From Thermoleophilaceae bacterium (lineage in GTDB: Bacteria > Actinomycetota > Thermoleophilia > Solirubrobacterales > Thermoleophilaceae): 64,000 nt of DNA. Numbering within the stretch: the stretch's first letter is position 1; every line of letters starts with the position of its first letter. Positions 41,799 to 50,206 of this stretch are shown here, in pieces. The stretch spans positions 18,515 through 82,514 of the forward strand of contig DASRIC010000002.1 of assembly GCA_035650215.1 (NCBI GenBank). The letters are read 5' to 3'. Made by a program: the position numbers and the translations under genes. The notes under the pieces are model-generated. The model was not told the origin of the DNA. It did no database searches and worked only from the letters and a program-made list of their open reading frames with translations.

Positions 41799-42770
41799 AT
41801 GAAGAAGGCACTGGCGATCGCGCTCGGGGTGAGCGCTCTGAGCGCCGTCGCGGCGGCCCCCGGGCAGGAGCCTCGCGAGGCGGTCTCGGGGCGGCCGCAC
41901 ACGATCGTCGGGATGGGCGAGCAGCAGCCAGACCTGTTCGAGGACCCGCGCCTCCGCGCGTCCGGGATCCGTCACGTGCGCCTGCTGGTGCCGTGGGACG
42001 TCGTAAAGATGGGCGGCTGGCCGCTACAGGCGACCGACCTGTGGCTGGAGCGGGCCCGGCGAGACGGAATGGAGCCACTCGTCTCGTTCGGCCACTCGTG
42101 GTCGGAGAAGCGCCAGCTGAAGCTGCCGTCGGTGCGCCAGTACGCGGCGCAGGTCAGGGCCTTCCGCGAGCGCTACCCGTGGGTGCGCGAGTACTCGACC
42201 TGGAACGAGGCGAACCTCGCGGGCAAGCAGCCCACGGGCAAGCATCCGCGTCGCACGGCGGTCTTCTACCGGGCGCTCCGGAAGCAATGCCGGGGCTGCA
42301 CGATCGTGGCGGTGGAGCTACTCGTTACCGCCAACTGGCGAATGTGGCGCTGGATTCGCGCCTTCCGCGAGCGCGCGGGCCGCGGCCGGCTGATCTTCGG
42401 GCTCCACAACTATCCCGACGTGACGCGCCTAAGGGGCGTTCGCACGCGCCGCTTCCTCCGGCTGGTCCGGAACGCCGAGATATGGATCACCGAGACCGGC
42501 GGCATCGTGCGCCACAGGGGCTTCGACTACGACGAGGGCCGCGCCGCCCGGGTGGTCCGCCACATCTTCAGGCTGGTCGCCGCCCTCCCGCGGGTGAAGC
42601 GCCTGTACTTCTACAACTGGCGCTACGACGGCAACGTTCGCTGGGATTCCGGCCTGATCTCGCGCGACGGGACCGAGCGGAAGGCGTATTTCGAGCTGCT
42701 CGACGGACTGAGGCTCGACCGCTTCCGGCCGGTTCCGCGGGTCGACCCACTCGGCCCGCTGTTTCCTTGA
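41799..42770 (+). CDS. Secreted clan-GH-A-like (TIM-barrel) glycoside hydrolase
   Basis: The ATG lies 2 nt after the stop of D. Signal peptide MKKALAIALGVSALSAVAAA. STWNEANL is an acid/base-type NEA motif and IWITETGG is a nucleophile-type TE motif. Confidence 0.65.
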   Translation: MKKALAIALGVSALSAVAAAPGQEPREAVSGRPHTIVGMGEQQPDLFEDPRLRASGIRHVRLLVPWDVVKMGGWPLQATDLWLERARRDGMEPLVSFGHSWSEKRQLKLPSVRQYAAQVRAFRERYPWVREYSTWNEANLAGKQPTGKHPRRTAVFYRALRKQCRGCTIVAVELLVTANWRMWRWIRAFRERAGRGRLIFGLHNYPDVTRLRGVRTRRFLRLVRNAEIWITETGGIVRHRGFDYDEGRAARVVRHIFRLVAALPRVKRLYFYNWRYDGNVRWDSGLISRDGTERKAYFELLDGLRLDRFRPVPRVDPLGPLFP

Positions 42771-42805
42771 CAGGGTCTCGCGCCGCGACGACTGGAGGGG
42801 GGCTC

Positions 42806-44206
42806 CTACTCGATCCCCTCCTGTTTCCCGCCGGGCATGAAGAACCGGCAGATGATCCAGCCGGCCGCGAGTATTCCCGCGCCGACGTACCAGGCGGTTT
42901 TCATCGCGTCCACGAAATCGTTCACGCCCGCCGCTCCGGTCAGGTCGGTCGCGCTGGCGATGATCGTTCCCATGATCGCCATGCCAACCGCGGACCCGTA
43001 GTTCCGGAAGGTCTGGATGATTCCCGAGCCCTGGCCCCTCACGGCATCGGGGAGTCGGTTGAGCGCGTCAGTGTTCAGGGGCGAGAAGATCAGGCCGAAC
43101 CCGGCGCCGGTCACCAGCATTCCGGCCAGGGTCGAGGAGCGGCTCAGTCCGTCGAGCTCGGACGCCCACAGGATCATCCCGACCGTCGCCAAGGCGAAGC
43201 CCAGCCCGACCGGCCGCTTGGCGCCGAACTTGTCCATCCAGCCGCCGCCGATCCGGGCGGAGACGAAGAACGAGTAGAACATCGTCAATATCGAGAAGCC
43301 GGCCTCCGTCGGCTCCTGGCGAACTGCGACCTGGAAGTAAAAGCTGCCGAAGAAGAAGACGGCGAGCCAGGGAGCAAAGGCCAGCAACGTCAGGATGTTG
43401 TCCACCGCGAAGGGGCGATTCCTGGCCATCTCCCGGACGTCGATCAAGGGGTTCTCGGTGTTGCGCTCGGCGAGGACGAAGACCACGAGAAGCGCGACGC
43501 CGATCACGATTGCGCCGATCGTCCGGACGTCGCCCCAGCCCCAGACCGTCGATTGCTGGATCCCGAGCACCGACAGGGCCATTCCGGCGACGATCAGGAT
43601 CGCTCCGCGAACGTCGACCTTGGCCGGATTCTTCCTGTCCCTGAGCTTCGCGAAGTAGAGCTCGGCGAGGGCAAGAATCGCCACGGGCACGTTGATCCAG
43701 AAGATCGCGCGCCAGGTCCAGTATTGGGTCAGGTACGCCCCCGCGACGGGCCCGACCGCGGTGAACAGCCCGGTGACGATGAAGAAGACCGCCAGGCCCT
43801 TGCCGCGCTCCTTCGGCGGGAAGGCATCGAGCACGAGCACCGTGGCAGAAGGGATAAGGAGACCTCCCGCTGCGCCCTGGATGGCCCGGAAGACGATCAG
43901 CCAGGTCTCGGCGATCCCGGTGTCCGGAACGAGCCCGCACATCAGCGAGCTGACCGCGAACAGGATCACGCCGATGACCACGATCTGGCGGTGGCCGAAG
44001 ATGTCGCCGAGGCGGCCACCGAGAGCGACGAAAGCCGCCGTGGCGAGCGCGTAGGCCGTTATCAGCCACTGCGCCCCCGTCTCGGTGAGGCCGACGTCAT
44101 CCTGGATCGTCGTGGCGGAGATGCTGACGATGGTGAAGTCGATGAACACCATCGCCATCGCCGGGACAAGGGGCCACAGCACCCGGTAGCGCGGATAGTC
44201 CTCCAT
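42806..44206 (-). CDS. MFS transporter, DHA2 family
   Basis: ...ALGGRLGDIFGHRQIV... (motif A-like), about 14 TM segments, and an overall EmrB/QacA-like layout. Confidence 0.9.
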   Translation of the reverse strand: MEDYPRYRVLWPLVPAMAMVFIDFTIVSISATTIQDDVGLTETGAQWLITAYALATAAFVALGGRLGDIFGHRQIVVIGVILFAVSSLMCGLVPDTGIAETWLIVFRAIQGAAGGLLIPSATVLVLDAFPPKERGKGLAVFFIVTGLFTAVGPVAGAYLTQYWTWRAIFWINVPVAILALAELYFAKLRDRKNPAKVDVRGAILIVAGMALSVLGIQQSTVWGWGDVRTIGAIVIGVALLVVFVLAERNTENPLIDVREMARNRPFAVDNILTLLAFAPWLAVFFFGSFYFQVAVRQEPTEAGFSILTMFYSFFVSARIGGGWMDKFGAKRPVGLGFALATVGMILWASELDGLSRSSTLAGMLVTGAGFGLIFSPLNTDALNRLPDAVRGQGSGIIQTFRNYGSAVGMAIMGTIIASATDLTGAAGVNDFVDAMKTAWYVGAGILAAGWIICRFFMPGGKQEGIE

Positions 44207-44301
44207 CGCCTCGGGGCACCCTACCGGCCTCGGATGACGCCCAGCCAGATGGGGCGCTACCGTGGCGTCCTCTGCGGTATCCCCCCGACGGAGGTGATCG
44301 A

Positions 44302-44550
44302 ATGGCCGGCTTCAGCAGTCTCGCCAACAAGGCCAAGGAGATCTTCAACAAGCGCGGCGGCACCGAGGCGGCCAAGGACGACCTCCAGGAGCTGAAGGAC
44401 ATCCATGCCCGCGGAGGCTCGATGTCGGACAAGGCCAAGGCAGCCGCCGACGCGCTCAAGGATCCGGGTGCCAAGGGCCCCGAGCGCTCCGCTCAGCCCG
44501 GAGAGACGACGCGCGCCGGCGAGCGCCGGTCTGGCTCCGAGCGCCAGTAG
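44302..44550 (+). CDS. Small hydrophilic protein resembling MT0933/Rv0909-type antitoxin-like (CsbD-like) proteins
   Basis: RBS GGAGGTG. Sequence is MAGFSSLANKAKEIFNKRGGTEAAKDDLQELKDIHARGGSMSDKAKAAADALKDPGAKGP...; assignment rests on composition and motif resemblance only. Confidence 0.55.
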   Translation: MAGFSSLANKAKEIFNKRGGTEAAKDDLQELKDIHARGGSMSDKAKAAADALKDPGAKGPERSAQPGETTRAGERRSGSERQ

Positions 44551-44966
44551 CGCGCGCGTAGTTCTTCGCTACCGACGGTCGGGTCGCTGCTTGGCGAGCG
44601 CGCGCTGGGCGTCCTTTGCGCGATGTTCTTCGACCAGTGTCCGCAGGCGCTGGGTCACGCCCGGCGCTCGCCGATCCATCGCCCAGACGTCGCGCTTGAA
44701 CAACGCGATCACCCGCATCGGCGAGGTGGCAACGACCGAGGCTGTGCGCAAGCCGCCTTCCGCCACCTCAGGCCGAGGGGTCAGCCAAGGCCAGCGGTCG
44801 TGTCCTGTCTTGCACGGCTTCCGGACGGACGGTGCCCCGAGCGTTGAGCTGTCTCGTCTGGTGTTTGAACCCGGGCAGGCAGGGCTGCGTAGTACCGGGG
44901 GAGTCAGTTCATCCGCGGCTGCCGCCTGCAAGAGCCTTGCTGCAGATCCCCGATAGAAAGGCACAG

Positions 44967-46688
44967 ATGCACGTCGCCTCTCGTAGCCTGCGCCGCCGCG
45001 TATTCGCCGTGGCCGCCGCGACCGGCGCAACCGGGCTGCTCGGCCCCGCCAGCGCTCTCGCCTCGCATAACTTCATCGAACCCATCAGCGTCGCCCCTGA
45101 CGGCGCAATCGGCGACGACTCGAGCGTGGCCGGCGACCATCTCGGCGACTACGGCGACATGACGCCCGACGGGCGCTTCGTCGTGTTCGCCTCCGCCGCG
45201 ACGAACCTCGTTCCGGGCGACACCAACGGCGTCGGCGACGTATTCGTGCGCGACCGACGCACCGGCGTGACCGAGCGCGTGAGCGTCGGTCCGAGGGGAG
45301 TCCAGGCGAACGGCGACAGCAACTTCACAGGCATCTCCACCGCGCCTGCGATCAGCGACGACGGCCGCTACGTCGCCTTCAAGTCCGAAGCCTCGAACCT
45401 GGTCAAGGGCGACCGCAACCAGCTCACGGACATCTTTGTGCGCGACCGCACTGCGGGCACCACCGAGAGGATCAGCGGGGCCGGCGGCGGCGACAATCCC
45501 GGCATCAGCCCGGACGGCAACTTCGTCGCCTTCGAGACTTTCGACTTCGACGCTGACTTCGCCGAGGACATCTACCTGCGCAACCGCGCCACCGGGTCGA
45601 TCGAGCGAATCAGCCTGTCACACGATGGCAGCGAGGTTTTCGGCACCAGCGAGGATCCCGTGGTCGCGAACGGCCCTGTTGTTGCGTTCGCGTCGAGCGC
45701 GCCGAATCTCGTCGCGGACGACGGCAGCTCGAACATCGACGTCTTCGTGCGAGACCTCAGCGGCCCGTCGCCGACGACGGAGCGGGTGAGCGTCTCGAGC
45801 GCTGAAGAGCCGGCGGGGGAGTTCGACACGAGCAGGAATCCCGCGATCACGAACGATGGTCGTTTCGTGGCCTTCCAGTCCGACGCCCAGAACTTCACCC
45901 CCGTTGCCCAGACGGAGTTCTTCTCGGACATCTTCGTTCGTGACCGACAGGCGGGCACGACAGTGCTAGCGAGCCCGGACGGCGCCGGCGGCGAGGCCTC
46001 CGGTCAGAGCGAGGACCCGGAGATCGGCGCAGGAGGCCGGTTCGTCGCGTTCGCGTCGTTCGCGTCGGATCTGATCGCGGGTGCGACCGACCCCGACGGC
46101 GGGCTTGTCCGGGACGCCTTTGTCCGCGACTTGGCGGCCGGCTCCACCGAGATGGTCAGCATCAACGGCGCCCACCAGGACGCCAGGCGCGACGGCAACC
46201 ACGACGACGTCGGAGGCGGTCCGGTCAGCGCGGACGGGCTGGTGATCCTGATGGGGACGCAGGCGGACAACCTGTTCGTGGGCGACACCAACGGGGTCAA
46301 CGACGTGTATGTGAGCGACCGCCGGCCGGCGGCCGATTTGTCGCTCACGAAGGCGGACGAGCCCGACCCGGTCGCGGCACGCGGGACGCTCACCTACACG
46401 CTCACGGTCACCAACAACGGCCCCAACGCGGCGCCGGGCACGCACATCCTCGACACGGTCCCCGCGGGCGTGACGTTCGTCGGCGCATCGGCGGGCTGCG
46501 TGCATTCGGCGGGCCTGGTCGACTGCGACCTCGGGGCCCTCGCGAATGGAGCGAACACGACGGTCGCTATCCAGGTCGCGCCCAAGGCCAGGGGCGTGAT
46601 CACCAACACGGCCAGCGTGGGCAGTTCCGCACCAGACCCCGACATGTCGAACAACACGAGGACCACCGAGACGACGGTCGCGCGGTAG
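44967..46688 (+). CDS. Secreted PD40/TolB-like beta-propeller repeat protein with a C-terminal DUF11 domain
   Basis: Signal peptide, then repeated DGRFVAF.S.A.NLV.GD.N...D(V/I)FVRD units (at least 6). The C-terminal part is ...LSLTKADEPDPVAARGTLTYTLTVTNNGPNAAPGT..., which is DUF11-like. Confidence 0.8.
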   Translation: MHVASRSLRRRVFAVAAATGATGLLGPASALASHNFIEPISVAPDGAIGDDSSVAGDHLGDYGDMTPDGRFVVFASAATNLVPGDTNGVGDVFVRDRRTGVTERVSVGPRGVQANGDSNFTGISTAPAISDDGRYVAFKSEASNLVKGDRNQLTDIFVRDRTAGTTERISGAGGGDNPGISPDGNFVAFETFDFDADFAEDIYLRNRATGSIERISLSHDGSEVFGTSEDPVVANGPVVAFASSAPNLVADDGSSNIDVFVRDLSGPSPTTERVSVSSAEEPAGEFDTSRNPAITNDGRFVAFQSDAQNFTPVAQTEFFSDIFVRDRQAGTTVLASPDGAGGEASGQSEDPEIGAGGRFVAFASFASDLIAGATDPDGGLVRDAFVRDLAAGSTEMVSINGAHQDARRDGNHDDVGGGPVSADGLVILMGTQADNLFVGDTNGVNDVYVSDRRPAADLSLTKADEPDPVAARGTLTYTLTVTNNGPNAAPGTHILDTVPAGVTFVGASAGCVHSAGLVDCDLGALANGANTTVAIQVAPKARGVITNTASVGSSAPDPDMSNNTRTTETTVAR

Positions 46689-46705
46689 GCGGGGCCGGGC
46701 ACCGA

Positions 46706-46881
46706 CCTACAGCTCAACAGCGGCCAACGACAGCGCGAAGGAGATGATCTCGCGGAGCTCAGGGTCGAGCGCCGGCCACTGCTCCTTGTCGATCGCCAGG
46801 TCGACGTCGAACGGGACTCCATTGGGAGCCTTCCCAGCGGCGGTAGAGCGTCTGCGGGTCGTTCAGCTGGATGTCGCTCAC
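46706..46881 (-). pseudogene. Possible remnant of a ribonucleotide-reductase R2-like (ferritin-like di-iron) gene N-terminus
   Basis: VSDIQLNDPQTLYRRWEGSQW, then after a frameshift PFDVDLAIDKEQWPALDPELREIISFALS.... This resembles the N-terminal YxxWExxQW..IDLxxD..W block of R2-type proteins. The span is 176 nt, not a multiple of 3, and ends at a stop after about 58 codons. Confidence 0.3.
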
Positions 46882-46900
46882 GCGCGCGTGACTCGCCGGC

Positions 46901-47827
46901 TCAGGCTTGTGGCTTCCACGCTCGCACGATCGCCGACGTCGCGTGCTCGTGCACGCGGTGTGTCTCGTTGACCTCGATCTCGGCGAGCCCAGCGGCGGCG
47001 AGGGCGTCCTCGAACTCGGCGCGTGTGAGTGCGCCCGCGACGCAGCCGGTCCACTGCTGCATGTCGGCGCGCGTGGCCTCGTCCATGTCCGGGTCGGCGA
47101 TCACGTCGGACACCGCAAAGCGTCCGCCGGGCTTGAGAACCCGTGCGGCCTCGGCCAGCACCCTGCGCTTGTCCGCCGAGAGGTTGATCACGCAGTTCGA
47201 GATCACCACGTCGACCGACTCATCCGCAAGCGGGATCGCCTCGATGTATCCCTTCACGAACTCGACGTTCTCGACGCCGGCTTCGGCGGCGTTCTCGCGC
47301 GCGAGCTCCAGCATCTCGTCGGTCATGTCGAGACCGATCGCCTTACCTGTCGAACCCACCCGGCGGGCCGAGATGAGCACGTCCGCACCGGCCCCCGAGC
47401 CGAGGTCGAGCACCGTCTGGCCCTGATGCAGGTCCACGACCGCTGTCGGGACACCACAGCCGAGTGAGGCCTGCACAGCCGCCTTGGGCGCGCCGTCGGC
47501 CTCGCCCTCGTAAAGCGTGGCGCCGAACACTTCGTTGCCCTGTTTGTCTCTCGACAAGATGTCGGGGCCGCAGTCATCGATCGCCGGCGCCCCGCAACAG
47601 CCGGACGACGTGCTCTCCGCAACAGCCGTGGCGGCGGCGGCGTAGCGCTCGCGCACCTTCTCGCGGATCTCGCTGTCGTTCGGCTCGCTTGCCTGCCCGG
47701 CCGGACAGCCGCAGCTCCCGCCGGCGGCGTTCGCGTCGCAGCACGCGTCCTTGTCGCTCGGCTCGCAGCAGCTCTGCTGCGTCTCGGGCGCGCAACAGGT
47801 CGAGGTGGCCTCGGTCAGCTCAGCCAT
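46901..47827 (-). CDS. arsM: Arsenite S-adenosylmethionine methyltransferase
   Basis: SAM motif VLDLGSGAGAD, conserved Cys residues (...GCCG..., ...LGCG..., ...NCVINL...), and a Cys-rich N-terminal tail. Confidence 0.9.
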   Translation of the reverse strand: MAELTEATSTCCAPETQQSCCEPSDKDACCDANAAGGSCGCPAGQASEPNDSEIREKVRERYAAAATAVAESTSSGCCGAPAIDDCGPDILSRDKQGNEVFGATLYEGEADGAPKAAVQASLGCGVPTAVVDLHQGQTVLDLGSGAGADVLISARRVGSTGKAIGLDMTDEMLELARENAAEAGVENVEFVKGYIEAIPLADESVDVVISNCVINLSADKRRVLAEAARVLKPGGRFAVSDVIADPDMDEATRADMQQWTGCVAGALTRAEFEDALAAAGLAEIEVNETHRVHEHATSAIVRAWKPQA

Positions 47828-48168
47828 GCGGTCAACTCCTCGAGGGCTTCAGGACGGACGTAGTAGAAGGCCCACAGCCCGCGACGCTCGGAATCCACGA
47901 TCCCGGCGTCGCGCAGCTTCTTCAGGTGATGAGACAGGGTGGGCTGAGAGACGTCGAACAGCGGCACCAGCTCGCAGACGCACACCTGGCCCGCGTGCTT
48001 GCGCAGCACATCGACGAGCTGGAGGCGGATCGGGTCGCCCAGTGCCTTGGCGACCTCGGCCATGCGGATGGCGTGCTCGCGCTGCACGTCGGGATAGACG
48101 ACGGGCTCGCAACACGGCTCACCGGCGGGACGCTTGGTCTTGGGGGCCAGCTCCAGATCGACAGCCAT
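47815..48168 (-). CDS. arsR: ArsR/SmtB-family metalloregulator
   Basis: ...LGDPIRLQLVDVLRKHAGQVCVCELVPLFDVSQPTLSHHLKKLRDAGIV.... ATG 48168 is preferred over the longer track ORF. The 3' end overlaps the arsM start. Confidence 0.85.
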   Translation of the reverse strand: MAVDLELAPKTKRPAGEPCCEPVVYPDVQREHAIRMAEVAKALGDPIRLQLVDVLRKHAGQVCVCELVPLFDVSQPTLSHHLKKLRDAGIVDSERRGLWAFYYVRPEALEELTAWLS

Positions 48169-48203
48169 CAATCTACGTATATCGATTGAAGCGATGACTG
48201 TCA
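48168..48203. promoter_or_regulatory. AT-richer dyad-symmetry region between divergent arsR and arsC (candidate ArsR operator/promoters)
   Basis: TCAATCTACGTATATCGATTGA pairs at 8 of 11 palindromic positions. TGACTGTCA follows at 48195-48203. Confidence 0.4.
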
Positions 48204-48252
48204 ATGGATAGCATCCGCCCGACACGCGGCCCGAGGTAGGAGGAGCTACGCG

Positions 48253-48912
48253 ATGGCGACGCGACTGCGGGATCTCGAAGTCGATCTGATCACCCAGGGC
48301 CGACTCGAGCGCGGGCTGGGGCGGCTGCGCGAGGAGTTCGCCCGAACGTTCTCCGCCGAGACCGTCGAGCGCTACATGGCCGAGTCATTCGAGGCGCTCG
48401 GCGGTGCGCGCCTCAAGGACTTCGTGCCGCTCTTCGTGCAGCGCTTCGCGCGCGAGCGGTTGCGCGCGCTCGGCCAGGTCGAGGGCACGATCCCCAAGGA
48501 CCGCCCCGAGGTGCTGTTCGTCTGCGTACAGAACGCGGGACGCAGCCAGATGGCGGCAGCGCTGCTCGACCACTACGCCGAGGGCCGCGTGAACGTGCGC
48601 TCAGCAGGCAGCGCGCCAGCCGACCAAATCAACCCCGACGTCGTGACCGCGATGTCGGACGTGGGGATCGACGTCACCAAGGAGTTCCCCAAACCGATGA
48701 CAGACGAGGTCGTCCAAGCCGCAGACGCCGTGATCACGATGGGCTGCGGCGACGCATGCCCGATCTATCCGGGCAAACGCTACGAGGACTGGGACGTGGA
48801 TGACCCAGCCGAGACCGACCTCGCCGGCGTCCGGCGCATCCGCGAGGACATCAGCCAGCGCGTGCGCGAGCTGCTCGCCCAGGTAGCACCGCCCGTAGGG
48901 ACACCCGGCTAG
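48253..48912 (+). CDS. arsC: Arsenate reductase, LMW-PTPase family, with an ~85-aa N-terminal helical extension
   Basis: CX5R(S) P-loop VCVQNAGRSQMAAAL, plus GCGDACP and DWDVDDP. Confidence 0.85.
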   Translation: MATRLRDLEVDLITQGRLERGLGRLREEFARTFSAETVERYMAESFEALGGARLKDFVPLFVQRFARERLRALGQVEGTIPKDRPEVLFVCVQNAGRSQMAAALLDHYAEGRVNVRSAGSAPADQINPDVVTAMSDVGIDVTKEFPKPMTDEVVQAADAVITMGCGDACPIYPGKRYEDWDVDDPAETDLAGVRRIREDISQRVRELLAQVAPPVGTPG

Positions 48913-49052
48913 CTCCCCGACCGTGGTTCGGCCGCGTATGTCGAATGGCGCGCTGCCTTGTTGCGCCGGCTATCGCGTTCGTGTGGTCTGCATCGCGGCT
49001 GATCCGGGGGAGTGGCACCCGCAGGGGTAGGCGAACAGCTCGGAAGCGGCCT

Positions 49053-49658
49053 TCAGCTCGCCCGGCGGTAGCGGATGTGTGTGGCCAGCGGCGAATGCAG
49101 CACCTCGACGGGCTCCAACCCCAACGATTCGACGCCGTCGAAGATCCGCTCGCCGGACCCGAGCAGGACCGGGGCGATGTCGAGCGTGAGCTCGTCGACG
49201 ACCCCGGCGACGAGCGCCTGCCGAACCGTGGAGGCGCCGCCGGCGATGTCCACGCCGTCGTTGCCGGCCGTCTCACGCGCCTGTGCGTAGGCGGCGTCGA
49301 AGCCGTCGGTGACGAAGTGGAAGGTCGTCCCGCCCTCCATCTCGATCGGCTCGCGGGCGTGATGGGTGAGCACGAACACCGGTGCGTGGTACGGCGGCTC
49401 GGGCCCCCACCAGCCGCGCCAGTCCTTCTCCCACTCACCGCGGATTGGCCCGAACATGTTGCGGCCCATGACGTAGGCGCCGCGCGGGCGCATGAGCCAG
49501 GCGACGGCGGTCTCGTCGGCCTCATTGGCGCGCTCGTCGCCGAGGTGCCAGCCGTGGAGCTCTCTCCCGCCTTTGCCCAAAGGGTGCTCGCGACTCTGGT
49601 CCGGCCCGGCGACGAAACCGTCGAGCGAGATCGACATGTGGCAGGTGGTATCCGGCAT
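49053..49658 (-). CDS. Dihydrofolate-reductase-like (RibD C-terminal domain) family protein
   Basis: MSISLDGFVAGPD...YVMGRNMF...VFVLTHH...GGASTVRQAL.... ATG 49658 has GGAGGAG 6 nt upstream. Confidence 0.8.
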   Translation of the reverse strand: MPDTTCHMSISLDGFVAGPDQSREHPLGKGGRELHGWHLGDERANEADETAVAWLMRPRGAYVMGRNMFGPIRGEWEKDWRGWWGPEPPYHAPVFVLTHHAREPIEMEGGTTFHFVTDGFDAAYAQARETAGNDGVDIAGGASTVRQALVAGVVDELTLDIAPVLLGSGERIFDGVESLGLEPVEVLHSPLATHIRYRRAS

Positions 49659-49744
49659 CGCGGCTCCTCCGAAGGCGTTGACGATTTGCAAGTAGTGGCC
49701 CGCGATCTACCCGGCGGCGAAGGGGTGCTGGTGGAGCGCGAGGC

Positions 49745-50206
49745 TCATGCGGCGGCCTGCTCATCTAGGAATGCGGCGAGCCCGTCAAGCAGCAGGCCGG
49801 TGCCGTGGTCGCGCTCCGCCGGATCCTCGAGGTCGTCGAAGAACGCGCCGTGCTCGGTGAAGACGAGCCGCGTGCCGTCGCGGTCGGGCCGCACCTCGAC
49901 GGTCGTCAGCGACACGGAGATGAGCCGCCCGTCGAGCAGGAGGTCGTAGGCGAAGACGATCCGCTCACCGTCGACGATGTCGTGGTAGCGGCTGCGGAAC
50001 TCGTGCACCGTCCCGCGCGGATCGCGTCCCACGCTCACCTCGCTGCCGCCGACGCGGAAGTCGAGCTCCCACTTGGCGTCGGTCCAGCCCTCGGGCACGC
50101 CGAACCAGCGCCGCTTGAGCTCCGGGTCCGAGAACGCGCGGAACGCCTGCGCCGGGGTCTGGCGGAACCGTCGCTCGATCGTGAAGTCGTGCTGGCGGAT
50201 GCTCAT
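49745..50206 (-). CDS. SRPBCC (AHSA1/START-like) domain protein
   Basis: ...FTIERRFRQTPAQAFRAFSDPELKRRWFG...RIVFAYDL.... ATGA-type overlap with the upstream ArsR-like gene. Confidence 0.8.
   Translation of the reverse strand: MSIRQHDFTIERRFRQTPAQAFRAFSDPELKRRWFGVPEGWTDAKWELDFRVGGSEVSVGRDPRGTVHEFRSRYHDIVDGERIVFAYDLLLDGRLISVSLTTVEVRPDRDGTRLVFTEHGAFFDDLEDPAERDHGTGLLLDGLAAFLDEQAAA

Noticed and set aside
44569-45030. 153-aa minus-strand ORF in the 44.55-44.97 kb gap
   Set aside because: Its N-terminal part is Arg/Pro-rich and overlaps the start of the PD40 gene. Only the last ~50 codons look protein-like, and I cannot match them to a family. It is kept as a note under findings, not as a feature.
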